This document shows positions 1 to 14,000 of a DNA stretch of 64,000 nucleotides, piece after piece. The notes under the pieces are model-generated. The model worked only from the letters and a program-made list of their open reading frames with translations, made no database searches and had not been told where the DNA came from. The position numbers and the translations under genes are program-made. The stretch spans positions 12,834,001 through 12,898,000 of the forward strand of contig CM120641.1 of NCBI GenBank assembly GCA_051362555.1. The letters are read 5' to 3'. The number at the start of each line of letters is the position of its first letter. The first letter of the stretch is position 1. This DNA is from Lingula anatina. Lineage: Eukaryota; Animalia; Brachiopoda.

Positions 1-1966
1 GGGCGGACACGAAAGTTAATTACCCCCTTACTGCTTGTAATAGGCGGGACGGACATTTAAGTCGGATTATCTGAAAGTAATCTAGTGAGACTCCCCGCGG
101 GATAGATCGATCTAAAATCTATGGGAATAGAGCCTTGTAGTGCTTGTTGTATAAAACATATTCCAGTTGATCTGAAATTTTCCTAGATTCATTCTTCTTC
201 GTTACCAGTCTCAGTCTCTTTTACCTATGTTTACTAGTGATCCATGGAGCGAAGTGACATTCTGACAAAAACGACGTTATGATCACATAAAGGGTCTGAG
301 GTCAAATGCGTTTTCGCAGTTGTAACGGAGATGAGTGAATGGTCACCTTGTTTTAGTTCCGTCAAATCTACAGAGAATCAAATTGTAGATTTTTGGCCAA
401 GTCTTTTTACATCATGCAAGAAGAAACTGTTCAATTATGACGTCAATGGCAGCATCCATTTTAGACAAATGATCCATATCCCTCAGTTTGCAACATCAAG
501 CCCAACATGAAGCAGCTACAAAAATAGTTCTGGAATAAATAAGCTGATAACTGCTCACTATGCCACTCAGGTGTGACACCTGAATATACTCACTCATGTA
601 ATTCTGGGTCACATTCATCTACACTCAGACCACGCTCAGACCAGTCTCAGACCAGAGAGGGTGTACAACAGTTTCTTTCTCTGAGACTCCACAATTATGT
701 AAGTTTTATTTTAATTTCATGTATTTATTTCATGTATCTGTTTTATTGTAAGGTATTTTGTACTTTTTTGTTTTAGTGACCAGCAATGTACTACCAGCAG
801 CACAATATGGTGATACGCAACTTTCAAAATAAAGACGAGAAACCAAGCTGCGTTCAATTAAGTCTTAGAACTATCCCGATACAGTCTCAGCCCAATTCCA
901 ATAGTCAACAGACAGCTCACTTGCGACAAAAGGCTTGGGCCTGGATAGCTAATAAAAAAAGTGATGCCTAAGGAACAATCAAAGTAGCGGCAAAGTCCTA
1001 AGAACAAGCCATTAGTATGGGAAAAACAGTGAAGGCTTCAGATAAAATATTAGAGAGAAAATACCTGCATTTTTTTTTTTTTTTTTTTTTTGAAATAACA
1101 AATGAGTAATATATGGGGAGACAGTAGCGAGTATTGAACACAAGTTTTTTTCCAATATGCACTTGGACCAGTATGATGAACATGTCAAAAACACTTACCT
1201 TAACGCAATCAAGATGTACAAACAATACAGTAAAAATGTAGATGAAAATTCAGACTATCCCATATAACTAAAAAAGGGAGATTCCCATATGTACAGGTTA
1301 CAGAAAGGATTGGTCAGAATTTAAAACAATATGGCAAAGTAATTACTTCCATTTGGTCCACTTTATGAATTCTTACGATCAAAGTTAGGGATTCTCAAAC
1401 AAACGGCCAATGATCAAGCATTATTAAAACCTGTCAAAACACAAAAACAAAGTCATAGTCACAATGTAAGAGCACTTCAGAGTGACAGTTGTTTTTTGCA
1501 CAATAGCAACTCTCATACCACTAGTCAGTGTAAACTGTTTTTATGTCTTTCAGTGCCTGCGTTCTGGTGTAGTAAATTTTAATGTACTATAAAAATAGTT
1601 TTTCGATTTAAAATGGAAACAGCTATCAAGACGTGAATAAACATATTCAAGGGTTTATTTTTGCATGCTATATAACATGTTTGCAAAACATCTACGGTAT
1701 ACCTGTTTGTGAATATTCATGAACGAAGACGAGACCATCTACCATGATATTTTGACCATGTCCAAATGCTACGACTAGTCTATCGTATTGAAACATGACA
1801 ATCGGTGACATATCATTTTTATAACGATGAACTTGATAACCATGGCTTATTATATAAAAAAAAACAGCAGTTGATGACATTCTTTAGAATATTAGAATAT
1901 TCTCAAACTTTTATTTTGGCGAGAATTTCAATTTAACGCTTTTTTTGCAATTTTTTTTTTTTTTAC

Positions 1967-2250
1967 CTTAGGTATGATATGACAAGCAGGCCTACACAGC
2001 TTGTTTCTTGCTGCTCTTGTTGTATAAAACATTTTCCACTTGATATGGAATTCTTTAAGATCCCTCCCTTCCTCGTTACCAGTCTCGTAACATGACAAAA
2101 CGAACACATGACCTCACATCCTCTATGAGATCATGACGTCGATTACGTCAGAGCGTCACGTCCCTACGTTCACAGACCATACACATACAAGTAGCAACTA
2201 GATGTTCGACTTGATTTTGCAAAATGAAAATCAGCAAACTTTTATTCAAA
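1967..2250 (-). promoter_or_regulatory. Possible promoter and first exon of a minus-strand transcript running off the left edge
   Basis: CpG/CRE-like cluster (TGACGTC 2134, TTACGTCA 2143). Minus-strand ATG at 2032 opens MFYTTRAARNKLCRPACHIIPK to donor AAG|gtaaaa at 1967. Partial paralogous copy at 143-212. Confidence 0.3.
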
Positions 2251-2895
2251 ATGTAGCAGAACGCAAAACGAAAAAAAAAACCCGGTAAAAATCATTAATA
2301 TAACTATAACTCTTTAAAGGTCGACTTATATAAATCTGGAAATTTCCGCAAAATTGTCTTGAAATAATTTTGCAAACGCAATTGAAGAGATCTCAATGTC
2401 GGTGTCGTTGAAAATGGACTTTATTATTTTGTATTTTATATTTATATTAAATTTTATAAGTAATTTTTTTTATTGTAAAAAAAAACCAGAAAAGAAAAAA
2501 TCAAAGTAAAGCAGCCAGTGTATAAATTTTCATATTTTTAATTCTAATTAAAGGCGAGCTACAATATTTGATAGGAAAATTACAACTCGTGGCTTAAATC
2601 TCATTAAAATTTCCCTTAAAATGCCCTGCTTCCTATAAAATTGTAAGCTAAACAGTACGCATGAAATGAAATAAGGCTGATACATAATATGTTACCATCA
2701 AGTCTTTCACTAATAAAAGTTTAAGAGTAGCAAAGTTAGAGTTTAGAAAAGTACAAGATAAAAAAAATATAAACTTCTGAATATCAAATATATATTAATA
2801 TTTTCTGTACACGATTAGACAATAAAATTTATCTTGCCCCAATCTCCATTTAAACGAGATTGAACTCTTGCAAATTCCCTGCATAATCTTTTGCA

Positions 2896-2940
2896 TTTAT
2901 TCACAGTTTTTACATATTAGAAAGTCTTATGGTATTTATT
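2896..2940 (-). terminator. Probable TXNDC16-like polyadenylation signals
   Basis: Two minus-strand AATAAA hexamers (tttatt at 2896 and 2935), ~1.2 kb past the stop. Other hexamers exist, so the site is not certain. Confidence 0.35.
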
Positions 2941-3948
2941 CCTTTGGTAATTAGTCTAAGCCAAGTTGTTCTCTTGAAATAAAATCAAATAAAATGCATA
3001 ATCAAAATATACACTGTTATATATGAAATACCAAAAACACTTCTACAAATATTGTAATCCACAATCATTATGATTGCTTTTGGAATGTTTTTCTTGTAAT
3101 TATTGAGCACACTTGCCTGTTAACCACAGTTAACTACTAAGTATAAAATAGCTACTACTGATTGACTAAGTGTAAACAATGGGATCATTTTATTATTTAA
3201 TTAATAAAATGAATTAACTATTTTTCTGGTAAAAATAACTAACCAGAATATGTTTCAAACTTCAAATCTCAAACAGAGCACATTCCAAAACAAGAGTTTA
3301 CAACTACGAGATTCCACAGCAAAACAACTTATCCACCATCATAAATGCTTCACATGAAGCCATAGCACCTTAACAAAGATTCATTATTCAAGCAAAAAGC
3401 CATCTTGGAATGATAAGATTCCCTGTTCAATACCATGAGCATTGAATTAAATCTATATTAAAGAAACAGATTTATGTTCAACCCAAGATATTTCCTGCTT
3501 TGGGAACTAAAATAGGAAAAGTGATGTTGGTGTTGAGTGGAATGGATTGGGAACATGAAGCTGACATATTTGACTATCAAAATTAGATTCAAACATTTAA
3601 TGGTGTCTTTCCAGTCAACTATCATATTTTTGTATCCTTACTATTGCACACCTTCAAAGCACACAAGAAATGAAAGAACTACAATCTAGGCAATTCTGAT
3701 AGCAAAAAATACAAGTAACTGTGACAAAGATCAAAACTGATTCTTAAAGCATGACATGCAAGTTCTCTAAATTTGTATAAATAGAAAGTGCCCATGTACT
3801 TGCATAAAAAAATAAATTCAACACATTTTAAAAATCATGCATCAAGTGGGGTTTTACCCAAGGCACCCTTTTTTGGTTAACATAAGATATAAGTAAGATT
3901 CTTAGTAGTAATTAACTCCTAAATCAAACAAAAACACAAAAGTAAAAT

Positions 3949-4006
3949 AATGAAGAAATCCTGCACCAATATCTGAAAATGAAGAAATCCTGCACCAATA
4001 TCTGAA
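3949..4006. repeat. Perfect 29-bp tandem duplication in the TXNDC16-like 3' UTR
   Basis: aatgaagaaatcctgcaccaatatctgaa occurs twice in tandem. Confidence 0.95.
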
Positions 4007-4158
4007 TAGACAGTAGTTCTGAATAACAAAAAAAAAAAAAATAAAATAAATAAATAAAGCACAGCTGTAGTGATCTAACTAAGCAAAATTATGCTTCTTA
4101 CACTGAACATGCCTCTCTTTTTAAACTAAGAATGCTGTTGCTTAAAGCTACATTGTAA

Positions 4159-7100
4159 TCAGAGCTCAGTGTGTATGTGCTCCATGGTACTTTTTCCATC
4201 TTGAGGCTTCTGTTGCTTGTTTTCTGAGTGGTGGTGGTGGTGGTGGTGGTGGTAGATTCGTGATTTATCTTTAAGCTCTAGGACATCTGCTACCTCGTCC
4301 TCCTTATCGGAGTTGCTGTCTGTTATCGAATCATGTGTTGCAGCCATGTTGTCATTATCATCACGTTCCTCGCCGTGCCCTGAAATATGGGTATAGACAG
4401 AAATATGTTAACCAATCACAATCAAATATACACTATGACCTTTTCTTTTCCATTGCATAATAAAAAGTCTCATAATTACAGTCTCAAAAAATTTTAAGTA
4501 TAAACTTTGTGACAGCAAACTTATAATTTAACTGCTAAATCACGCTGTACAAAATGGTTTATTTATAGATATCTTTAAACATGAAACAGAAGCTTTATTC
4601 CCAAACCTGTTCCTAGCCATTCTTCTCTTTTATCATCGTCAACAGGACGAGGAGCTGAATCTCCACCGTCTGGATACACCAAAGGTAGGAAATCATGACC
4701 TGGTTTCAATGGTTTCCAATCACCCTTTGGCAAAGACACTGCAAGGCATTTAGAAGTTATGCTTTATTTAATAAGAGAACTTTAATGAATCTGTAACCTG
4801 TATGTAGCAACTGCAAAGAAAATATCAAACTAAGTTGAAATGCTCTTATTTAATTTTGGTTCTTATTCAAAGTATAGAATGATTAATCATTTTGGACTTG
4901 GGGCATATACCGATGAAGTTCCAAGAAACAAACAAATAAATGCAAATTTTTTCACTTACAAATATCTAATCAACTCAATTATGTTAAAACTAAGCTAAAC
5001 AAAAACATCGACTTATAACCTCAACTCTTCAAAATTATAACAGTACAGGCTTCTCAGAGTCTTATAAAAAGTGACTTTTAAAGAATAAGACCTGATTTTA
5101 CAGAATATACTGACCGGTTGCCTCACTGTTCCCATTCTGGACATCTTGAAGCCACTTCATAATGGCCTCCCTACTCGTATCAGTCTTGCTATATACATGA
5201 ACTTTTCCCTGAAATTATTATAAAATTCTAATTTTCCTTATTCTAAATATTCATGCATTATTTTGAGCTCACCAAATTTTGAAAATAAGTTAGCAGGACT
5301 TTATATAATTAAATTTGTTACATGTTTAAATACACTATTTTAAGTTACCATGATTTCACCATGTCCTTAAGCCCTTGGTTCATAAATTCATATTAATTGT
5401 ACTTAAAACTAGTGACAATTCAAGTAATACTCACCTCCTTGTGGTTGACAACAACAACAGCAGGAAATGTTGGGTTATTGACATATTTCTTCAGAAGCAC
5501 TGTCCCTAAACTAATATCATCATACCTGAAAAAGTATTATATTTTAATGTGTATGGTCCTGTAGCCCTGTGGTCCTTAAAGATAACTCGAGTATCAAACA
5601 CCATAACATGGGAACAAATTTTCAAATTGCTGACATCACTTAAGTCAATCTTCTGTCAGAGAATGTGTCTGTTACATGCAAGTCACTTATAAGGACCTTT
5701 TTCTGATAATTGTCTTGTTCAAATATGAACAGAAACAATCATTAATATAGGACTGTCTTTATCACAAATTTTATAGTGTAACTCGGTATAGAACTTTCAG
5801 CAACTTCAGTCACACTGAAGAGACTGAAGAGATTGCTGTTGTAGTCAGTTTCTACATAAAAGAAATCACGTACACATCCATCCAGGCAAACTGCATCTGT
5901 GGCACTTCCCCACTGGCTGCAACATGGCCAAGAGTTGCATGCACTCCATCTGCTTTGAAGTCTTCACCAAATAGTATGACAAAAGGCAAGCCTTTGCTGT
6001 AGTAGGATGGAAGTGTCATTGGAGTCAACTCAGGCTACAATTACAAGAGCACATCTTATACAATATAAAATAAAAACACACTAATGAAATAAAACAAAAG
6101 CAGTACTCAGCAGATTTAGATATTGAGAAAATTCATTTAGAATGCAGATTGGTGTTTGGCCAGACCAACCCAAACTTAAAAGGTGTACACATCTAAATAT
6201 CTTAAACATCCTTTTCATTTTTGAACTGTTCATAAAGTTGATCTCCACCTAAAGATAACAAACAATACTAATGTGATAAAATAGTTCAAAATGTACTTCA
6301 TTTTTACTTGGTTAAAATCTCAGCAATGTTTTAGCTCTAGGCAAATTCTACCAAATTGAATAGGGTATTGCAAGGGGGGACTCATACAAACACCACACTT
6401 ACAAACACAGGCAGCCGAGCTTGTTTCACAAATGCTGATAGTTCTTGTTCATTTGTGAGGGATCCACGGTACATAACATGAGGTTGGAACGGATCTGCTG
6501 TCTTCAAAACCACTATAGCTGGTGACTTTGCCTTAAAGTTTTCTTGTCTGAAAATATGTACACACCCTTATTATAATATTTTGTGGTTCTATATACAATT
6601 CATCATAGGAAGACCAAACAGCCCCAAAGATTAATAATTACAACTTTTTATGAAAAAAATATCTATAATTTCATAACTTACAAATATTTCTTGGACGTTT
6701 CAAGGTCTACAGCCAAACCAAACACAGCTTCTGCCCGTAGCTTTTCTGCAACCTTGTTAAAAGTCTCTGTCTCTGTAATATTGAAAGTCAAAAATACTGC
6801 ACAGTAACAAACATATCCAATTAGATCTCCATAAAGACAAACATGGCAAGACAATTACAGTACATCATATCATATTGAAAATGCATTTGCATTCATGTAA
6901 AATTTAAAAGAATTTTTTATCGACAATCATGTGAACATAAAAAGAAAGAGGCAAAATTACCAAAAGCATATTATAATCGGCCAAATAATTTTATTTACTC
7001 AGCTGGTAAAAAAACTAACCTACCTGTCAAATCAAAAAATCAACAACAGTTCTTTTTTAACTTTTTTTGTCTCTTTTGTCATGTGCATGTAAGTCTGCCT

Positions 7101-9534
7101 CACCTTTTCGAGAAGCATCATTAAACAGTGCTAAAACTGAAGTATTATATATGTTGTCAGTCTGTTCAGGCAAGTTGCTGGCTATGAACTGGGAAAGTTT
7201 TTCATCAGATTCCAGGGTTACTGGAACAGGCTTTTGGTACCTGTCAATCAAAAATAAAAACACTAAGCTATATTAAATCTAAAGAACATGTATAATTTGC
7301 TAATGACTATAGGCTTGGTTGGGATTTTACACTTCTTATCGCATTTAAATCAAAGTATGCCTTCCACACCACATTTGTTCACTGTAATTGACTTCAAATA
7401 GGCAATCTCATGTTAAAAAACTGATATTTTCCATCAAAAGAGTAGAATAAGTCAAATCTCACAGACCAGTTGTGATAAATCTTCCTAATAAAAGAGCTGC
7501 AAGAGTTATTGTAGTTTGCATCATTTTATTTCATTTTTACAGTATTTCTCTTACATTTTTACAGTTTTAATAACAGTGTCTCCATCCCACATGCCTTTGT
7601 ACTCCACTGGTTCCATATTCTTATGGTATATTCTTAAGACAGGGTACTGGGTAATGTTTTGTTTGCCTGTAATGCAGTTTTCTTAGATAATTAGTAAAGC
7701 AAATGTAAATGATCACTAAACTAAATGCCATGTACAGTTAAATATAGAAAATATCTATATATACTTAAAATCTTAAAGAGTGGCAAAAGTAACTGCAATG
7801 CTCATTCCAAAGTACAGTAAAATTTGTACAAATTAAATATTCATATTCAAATTTAATAATGGACAAGGGACTAACATTTACATAAACACAAATATACCAT
7901 TAACAGATATTCACAATGATATATTTTTTGTCATAAGGTTTCTTACCACACACATCAGTCCAATCCCAGCACTCAATGCTCGCTAGAGGACTATCAGCAC
8001 TATTTGTATAAACATCCAAGGAGGCATCAGCAAAGGAGCGAAGGAAAGCCATGCTTTCCGCATCCACTGTAAAACATGAATTTTTTAATTTTACATAAAG
8101 GCACACAAGAAATTTTCAAAACAAGTTTCAGATTTAGCACAACATAAGGCATTAAAATAATATGCCCAATACACAATGAGACTAAAACAAATCACTTCAA
8201 ATGAAATTTAAAGTATCAGACTGCGGACTTGAAGTAAGAAAAGGATTCATATTTCTATTTTCTTTTTTCATAAGGACTGGTGAATCCATATAGTCAGTAA
8301 CTCAGTTTTAGAATCATTGAGCAATCTTGCAATAACTCACTCTTGAAGTAAAACAAAACAGCAACAAGGTCCTTCTCTTGGATAGTAGTTGGGAATGTTT
8401 TATCTGTGAGAGTGGGTATGAAAGTTGTGTTTATAATTTCCTCTGCCAGTTTCAACCTGAACACGGATTCCTCCACTGCATCATCTTGAGTATCTTCACC
8501 CTCCACCTCCTCCTCATATTCTGTGGAATGGTTGACATTATGGTTAATGGTAACAAAGCACATGAACAGTGAAATACTGAACAAAGTCAAATTGACCTTT
8601 GCCTCAAAAACATTAAGGTAGATTTTTTGTATCAAAATTAGCATATTCAAAAGCCATTCGACGAATTATTTGCCCTCCCCCCCCCTCTCTTTCTTGCATT
8701 TACCATAACATGGCATAACTGTGGCTTTTAACATGTTTGACCAAAGGACAGTCTTATATGATCAATATGAACATCTTCCTTTCTTTTTTACTCATAAGCA
8801 AAAAATGTACAAGACCATACACAAAAAAGTATGCTTGTAAACATATGCTTTAAAATATATCTTCTTACTGCAACAATGTACAGATGTTAAAACATTCTAT
8901 TTGCTATTCTCAAACTTTTTTATGTAACAATAATCAAAACTTTTTCAGTACCCATTTCCATCTCCTCCTGTGTGTCCTCCTCACTGCCTGATGTGGTTTC
9001 TTCAAGGAAATCTTGCATGAACTTAGTAACAAATGCCAAGGCATTTCCCTCAGAGAACTCGTCATTCATATATGAAACATCCTTCTTCTGAAAGCAAAGA
9101 GGGGTTGGAGACATTTGCCTTTTATAATTGAAATAAAAATGGGAAAGAATATAACATATATGACAAAAAGAAAGAACAAAGGTTTAACTCCAGCATACAA
9201 TATTTTCATCAAACACAAACACAATTAGCAGGTTTTGAAAAAAATTAAGGCCCTTTATTTACATTAAGAACTAGAATCCCTAACTACAGCCTTGCAATAG
9301 TACATGAACAATGATGCATGGTCTTATAATAAGTATTATTAAATAATTCTGATCAAATAGGCATTCCAATTTGCAATGAAATGTACTCAGTATTGATTAC
9401 CTGTGGCTCCAGCATTTGGACGGCAATATTTGGAATCTCAGTGGGTGGCTGGAGGCCTCTTGACTGAAGTACACCCTTTCCAACTTTATCACTGTAAAAC
9501 AAAAAAAAATTGCATTTTTGGGGGATTACAAAGG

Positions 9535-9605
<71 letters not shown>

Positions 9606-10973
9606 GGGGGGGGGGGGTACAAGGCCTTACAAGAAAACTGTTACAACCAGTGCTCAGGTAAAGTTGAGAAATTAAGAAAAATAAGAGATTGGGGCAAGAG
9701 ATGAGAATTTTACAAAATTTCATTGGTTCACTTACACATCAACTGTAACTACCCCAGCAACACCTTCAAAAGTGAGAGCTAATTTCATGGCTACGCTATC
9801 CACATAAACTTTCTCTATCTGTCCACTGTGCATCACATAGACAATCCCCTTCATCTCATTGTCATATGGAGTTGTCGAGTCTACTAATGGGTGCTTGGAA
9901 AAAATAAACAGTCAGAGTTATTTATTGTGAACTAAAAATATTTTTTAACTTCCACACAAGCGTAAATGACTGATTCCATTGCAAAATGTAAAATGAAGTC
10001 TTTATTTCCTGAACAAAATTAATACACAATGTTCTATACACTTTTGTTTAAGCCTTTTTTTCTACATAGTATGTGGTCCTACAGAATGATAAAAAATAAT
10101 TAAATGCTGCTACAATGAAATACATTATAATTTGGATTTAAGCAGTCTTCATAATATTAACATAAAATATGCAGACTTTTTAAGTTCACTAAATCTAGAA
10201 ACAGATCTTTAACTGATGAGACAAAAAAATAAAAATTTTCTCATTTACTCAGTATGTACTCAACTTACCACTAATGGCAAATATAGAGTTTTGCTGTATT
10301 TAATAACAGAGGCCAAGTCCATCTTGCCTTCATACTGGTTACTGTCACACTTGCCTGTTGTAGCCCGTTTACAACGAAAGACCCACATCAGAGCTTTTTT
10401 GTTGGTATCACCATCACTGTAAATTGAAAAATAAGGGTTCACAAAAACTTCTGGCACATATATAAATACTATTAAGAAATACCTTCACTTCAGTCTTTAC
10501 TACATATTTACATTGGTGTTCAACCTTAACAATACTCCATGGTGGAGGTTAAATTGGCATTTTTAATCACAAATTTGTGTAAATACTTACATCATTTTAC
10601 TGACAACTTTCTTGTCTGTTGTCAGTGCAAATTTGATGCCTTTGGTGTGGTAAACAAAAGCAACCCACATGAAAATTCTATGCTCTGAAAGATGAAGGTA
10701 TCATATATATGTAATTCTTCACAAAAACACCATGTGTTGTTGTCATTTACTTTGACTAAATGCTCAAACTATCCAAACAATGATAACAAAGACACCATGT
10801 TTTCAATATACTGCTCCAAAACATTTTCATCATAACATTATGAAGATACAAAGCATTCTATTTTGTGTTTTAAGTAGTCAAACTTATAAGTCAAGTTACT
10901 TCAAGTTGGCTTATAAAATTGAAAGAAGACCTTTAAACTTATCTAAAAAAAAAACTAAGAAAAATACTTTTCT

Positions 10974-11054
<81 letters not shown>

Positions 11055-14000
11055 CATTAAACTACACTACATATTTTGAAAAAAAAAGTTTGTTTGAACA
11101 TTGCATCACTTCACTACAAATAAACCTACCATAACTTCCAACTGATTTCAGCCATGCAAATACAATATCATTCTGTCCCTGGTGTCTTTTCTGCAATTCC
11201 CCAAGTTCCGACTCAGTACTGATAATGGGCACTTCTTCTAAAAGAGCTAATCTGGAAATTAAGACATAATATGCAATTCAGTTCTTAGGTTATTATTTAT
11301 CCCAGTAAAAATTTAGAAGTTTGACTTTGACTTTTGGATATAATTCTAAGGATCAAAGATCCTACTTCTATTCCTTTTGGCTATATAAACATGGCCATTC
11401 ATAAACATGTTCAGTCCATTCATGTTCACGGAAACCAATTTACAGAAGGGAAAAAAGGTTATCTATTGGGTACGACAACAGGAGTTTTCAATGCAACTTC
11501 CTTTTATCCTAAGTTATGACTTGTGTTTAATCTTCCACAAACAAAACTCCACATTTCTACATTTTTCAATATTTTCCAGACTATGTGGCACCAAAGATAG
11601 CTACATGCACCCATTAACATAGAACTACATGGCTAAAGTAAATGAAGCATATGATGAGGATGATGAAAAGAATTATTAATGGCTAGGCAACTATTCATCA
11701 AGCCTCAAATGGTAGATTCATCAAAGTAGTATATCTCTCTTGAGGAATTAATTATGAAAGAAAATTTCATTGCTGTGCAAAATAAGTGAAATTACTTGAC
11801 TGTTTAAAACATGATCATGTTAAGTGTTGGGATGAGAACTGATGCAATTCTTTCTTATCTCACATCCTTGTGACAACAGCTGTGAAAAATAGGAGATATC
11901 AGATAAAACATAGACATCTTTTTCATAAAAGCTTAGCAAGCAAACAAGTCAATATGAGACACATCCTGACAAATAGCTTTGATGTGATAATGATAATAAA
12001 TGCCTGTTTCAAGAGGTTTAAGTGAACAATACTATAATGTTAAAATTTAAAAAAAATCCATTGTTTTTTTGTTCATATGAATGTGCTGCAGAATTGACAG
12101 TTAAGATATTACACCAAGTTTTAACATATTACTCAGAGACTCAGTTCATATTTGTTTTATTTTACAGAATGCCTTGTGTTAAGATGCAAATAAAATACAT
12201 GTGCAAATCACTGATATTTCACCTTGAATGAAGTATTTGAATTTTAGTCTAAAACATTTAGTCTAAAACATTTGTTTAATGCATTTATCTCAGTTTATGG
12301 CTTTTTTTTCTTTTTTCTTTTTTTTTTGATGGTCTATAGCCATAGAAGCAAATTTACTAATGTTAGCTGTGGTTCTTTGAACATGTATTGTGCTTCAAGA
12401 GGATGATGTCATGCATCAAAGATATAATCACATAAAAATCACCATTTTCATTTTAGATATTTTTTGCTTAAAACATCACAAGAGGCTAATAGAAAAAGTG
12501 TGAAAAAATGAAACAAACACGGATTGAAATGAGTGAGGAATCTTGGAAATTCACCACCTATAGGATTTTATAGTATTTTTTCAAATGATTTTGAAAAACA
12601 GAAAAAATTTAGATATTTTTCCACAAAATCAAGGGGTTAAATTAAGAGATTTGCTTTTAGAAAGTCATAGTAATAGCAGATAAATATTTTTGCACTGGTG
12701 ATACTCAGATACAAAGGTTTTATTTAATGGTCACAAGTCAAACTTACTGCAACAAATTCCCTATGATAGAATCCACATCAAACATGGTATCCAATTCCAA
12801 ATCCATGAATTCTGCACCATCCCTGAAAAGATTCACATACACCAAAATATCAGTAAAATTGTAAAATTGACCAGCATTCAAAATGAGCGCAAATAAACTT
12901 ATGACTCAGAATATAATAAATAATGCACATTTCAATTTCAAGTTTGTAATTGATATGAAGTGAAAAATCTGCTGGGAAATCAAATTACAAAGAGATCGAC
13001 CCAGACTATTTGCAAAAATAACCATCTTCAATGAAGTTTCTTCATGACTACTCATTTATCAAATGAAGGTTTCCTGTAACAATTAAGAAAAGACAACGGG
13101 TAATCAACTTTCATTAACCCACTTCTGGTTCAGTGAAACACTTAATAGGTTATATCACAAGGGAGAAGACATCAAAAAGATCCATAATGTGCACAGGAAA
13201 CCTGTGAAAGAACAGAAAATAGCTAACACAGCTTTCAATGCCTACCTAAATGTGTAAACACTTCTCTCTGAATTCTTCTTTGAACAATATGGCTGCACTG
13301 CATGTTGTTGACAGCTTACCTATGTAAAAATTATGATACATAATGCATTTTAAAATAAAAGAATTCACCTGGGTATAAGAAGTGTGAGAAACTAAAAAAC
13401 TTTAACAATGTTACTATTTCATATAATCTCAGTTAGCATAATTAAATGTTTAAAAAAGAAACAATTTAACATAAAATTGTGTGAATTATGAAAATAATTT
13501 CAATATACACACTCATATTAACTTTTTACAACTAAAAAAATTGCTTAGAAAGAGTGACTATTTTCTTTTCCTATAGCTGGCCTGAATATATCTATCAACA
13601 CAGAAACCTTGCACTATTTTATCTCATTTTCTTCAAATGATATTTCACTATGCTACACTGCACTAATAAGAGGACTTCTAGCTGTTGCATAATTAAATTC
13701 GAGAGATCTCAGATGATCAACTGGTCTGCTCTTATGTAACTACCACACCCCTACACAAAACCCCAGAGCAGCAGACTAGATAATAGCTGAATTGGATGTA
13801 ATCACAAAGCTGGACACCTGGACTTAATCCTTGCTTGACCATTTAGTGACAGGGGCAAGGATACGCACTACTTCACACATAGGTGTAAAATACAAAGGGT
13901 ATGTGTAGCAAGGAACACTTGCCACCTGATCATTTCAAATCCAACAGAGGACTTTCATGCAATTTTGTACAGCTGTAAGACCTCTGGTTTTGAATAATAT

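Noticed and set aside
9353-11079. ORFs with SLSLSL, ERERER or YIYIYI runs
   Set aside because: These are translations of the intronic (GA)n and (TA)n microsatellites.
13074-13201. Two good-looking minus-strand acceptors in TXNDC16-like intron 3, one starting V-S-C like exon 3 (possible mutually exclusive duplicate)
   Set aside because: Both hit stops within 20 codons and lack a convincing donor. The similarity covers only three residues.
13855-13865. U12-like 5' splice site GTATCCTTG on the minus strand
   Set aside because: It lies mid-intron, with no matching exon or U12 branch site found. All modelled introns are ordinary GT-AG.
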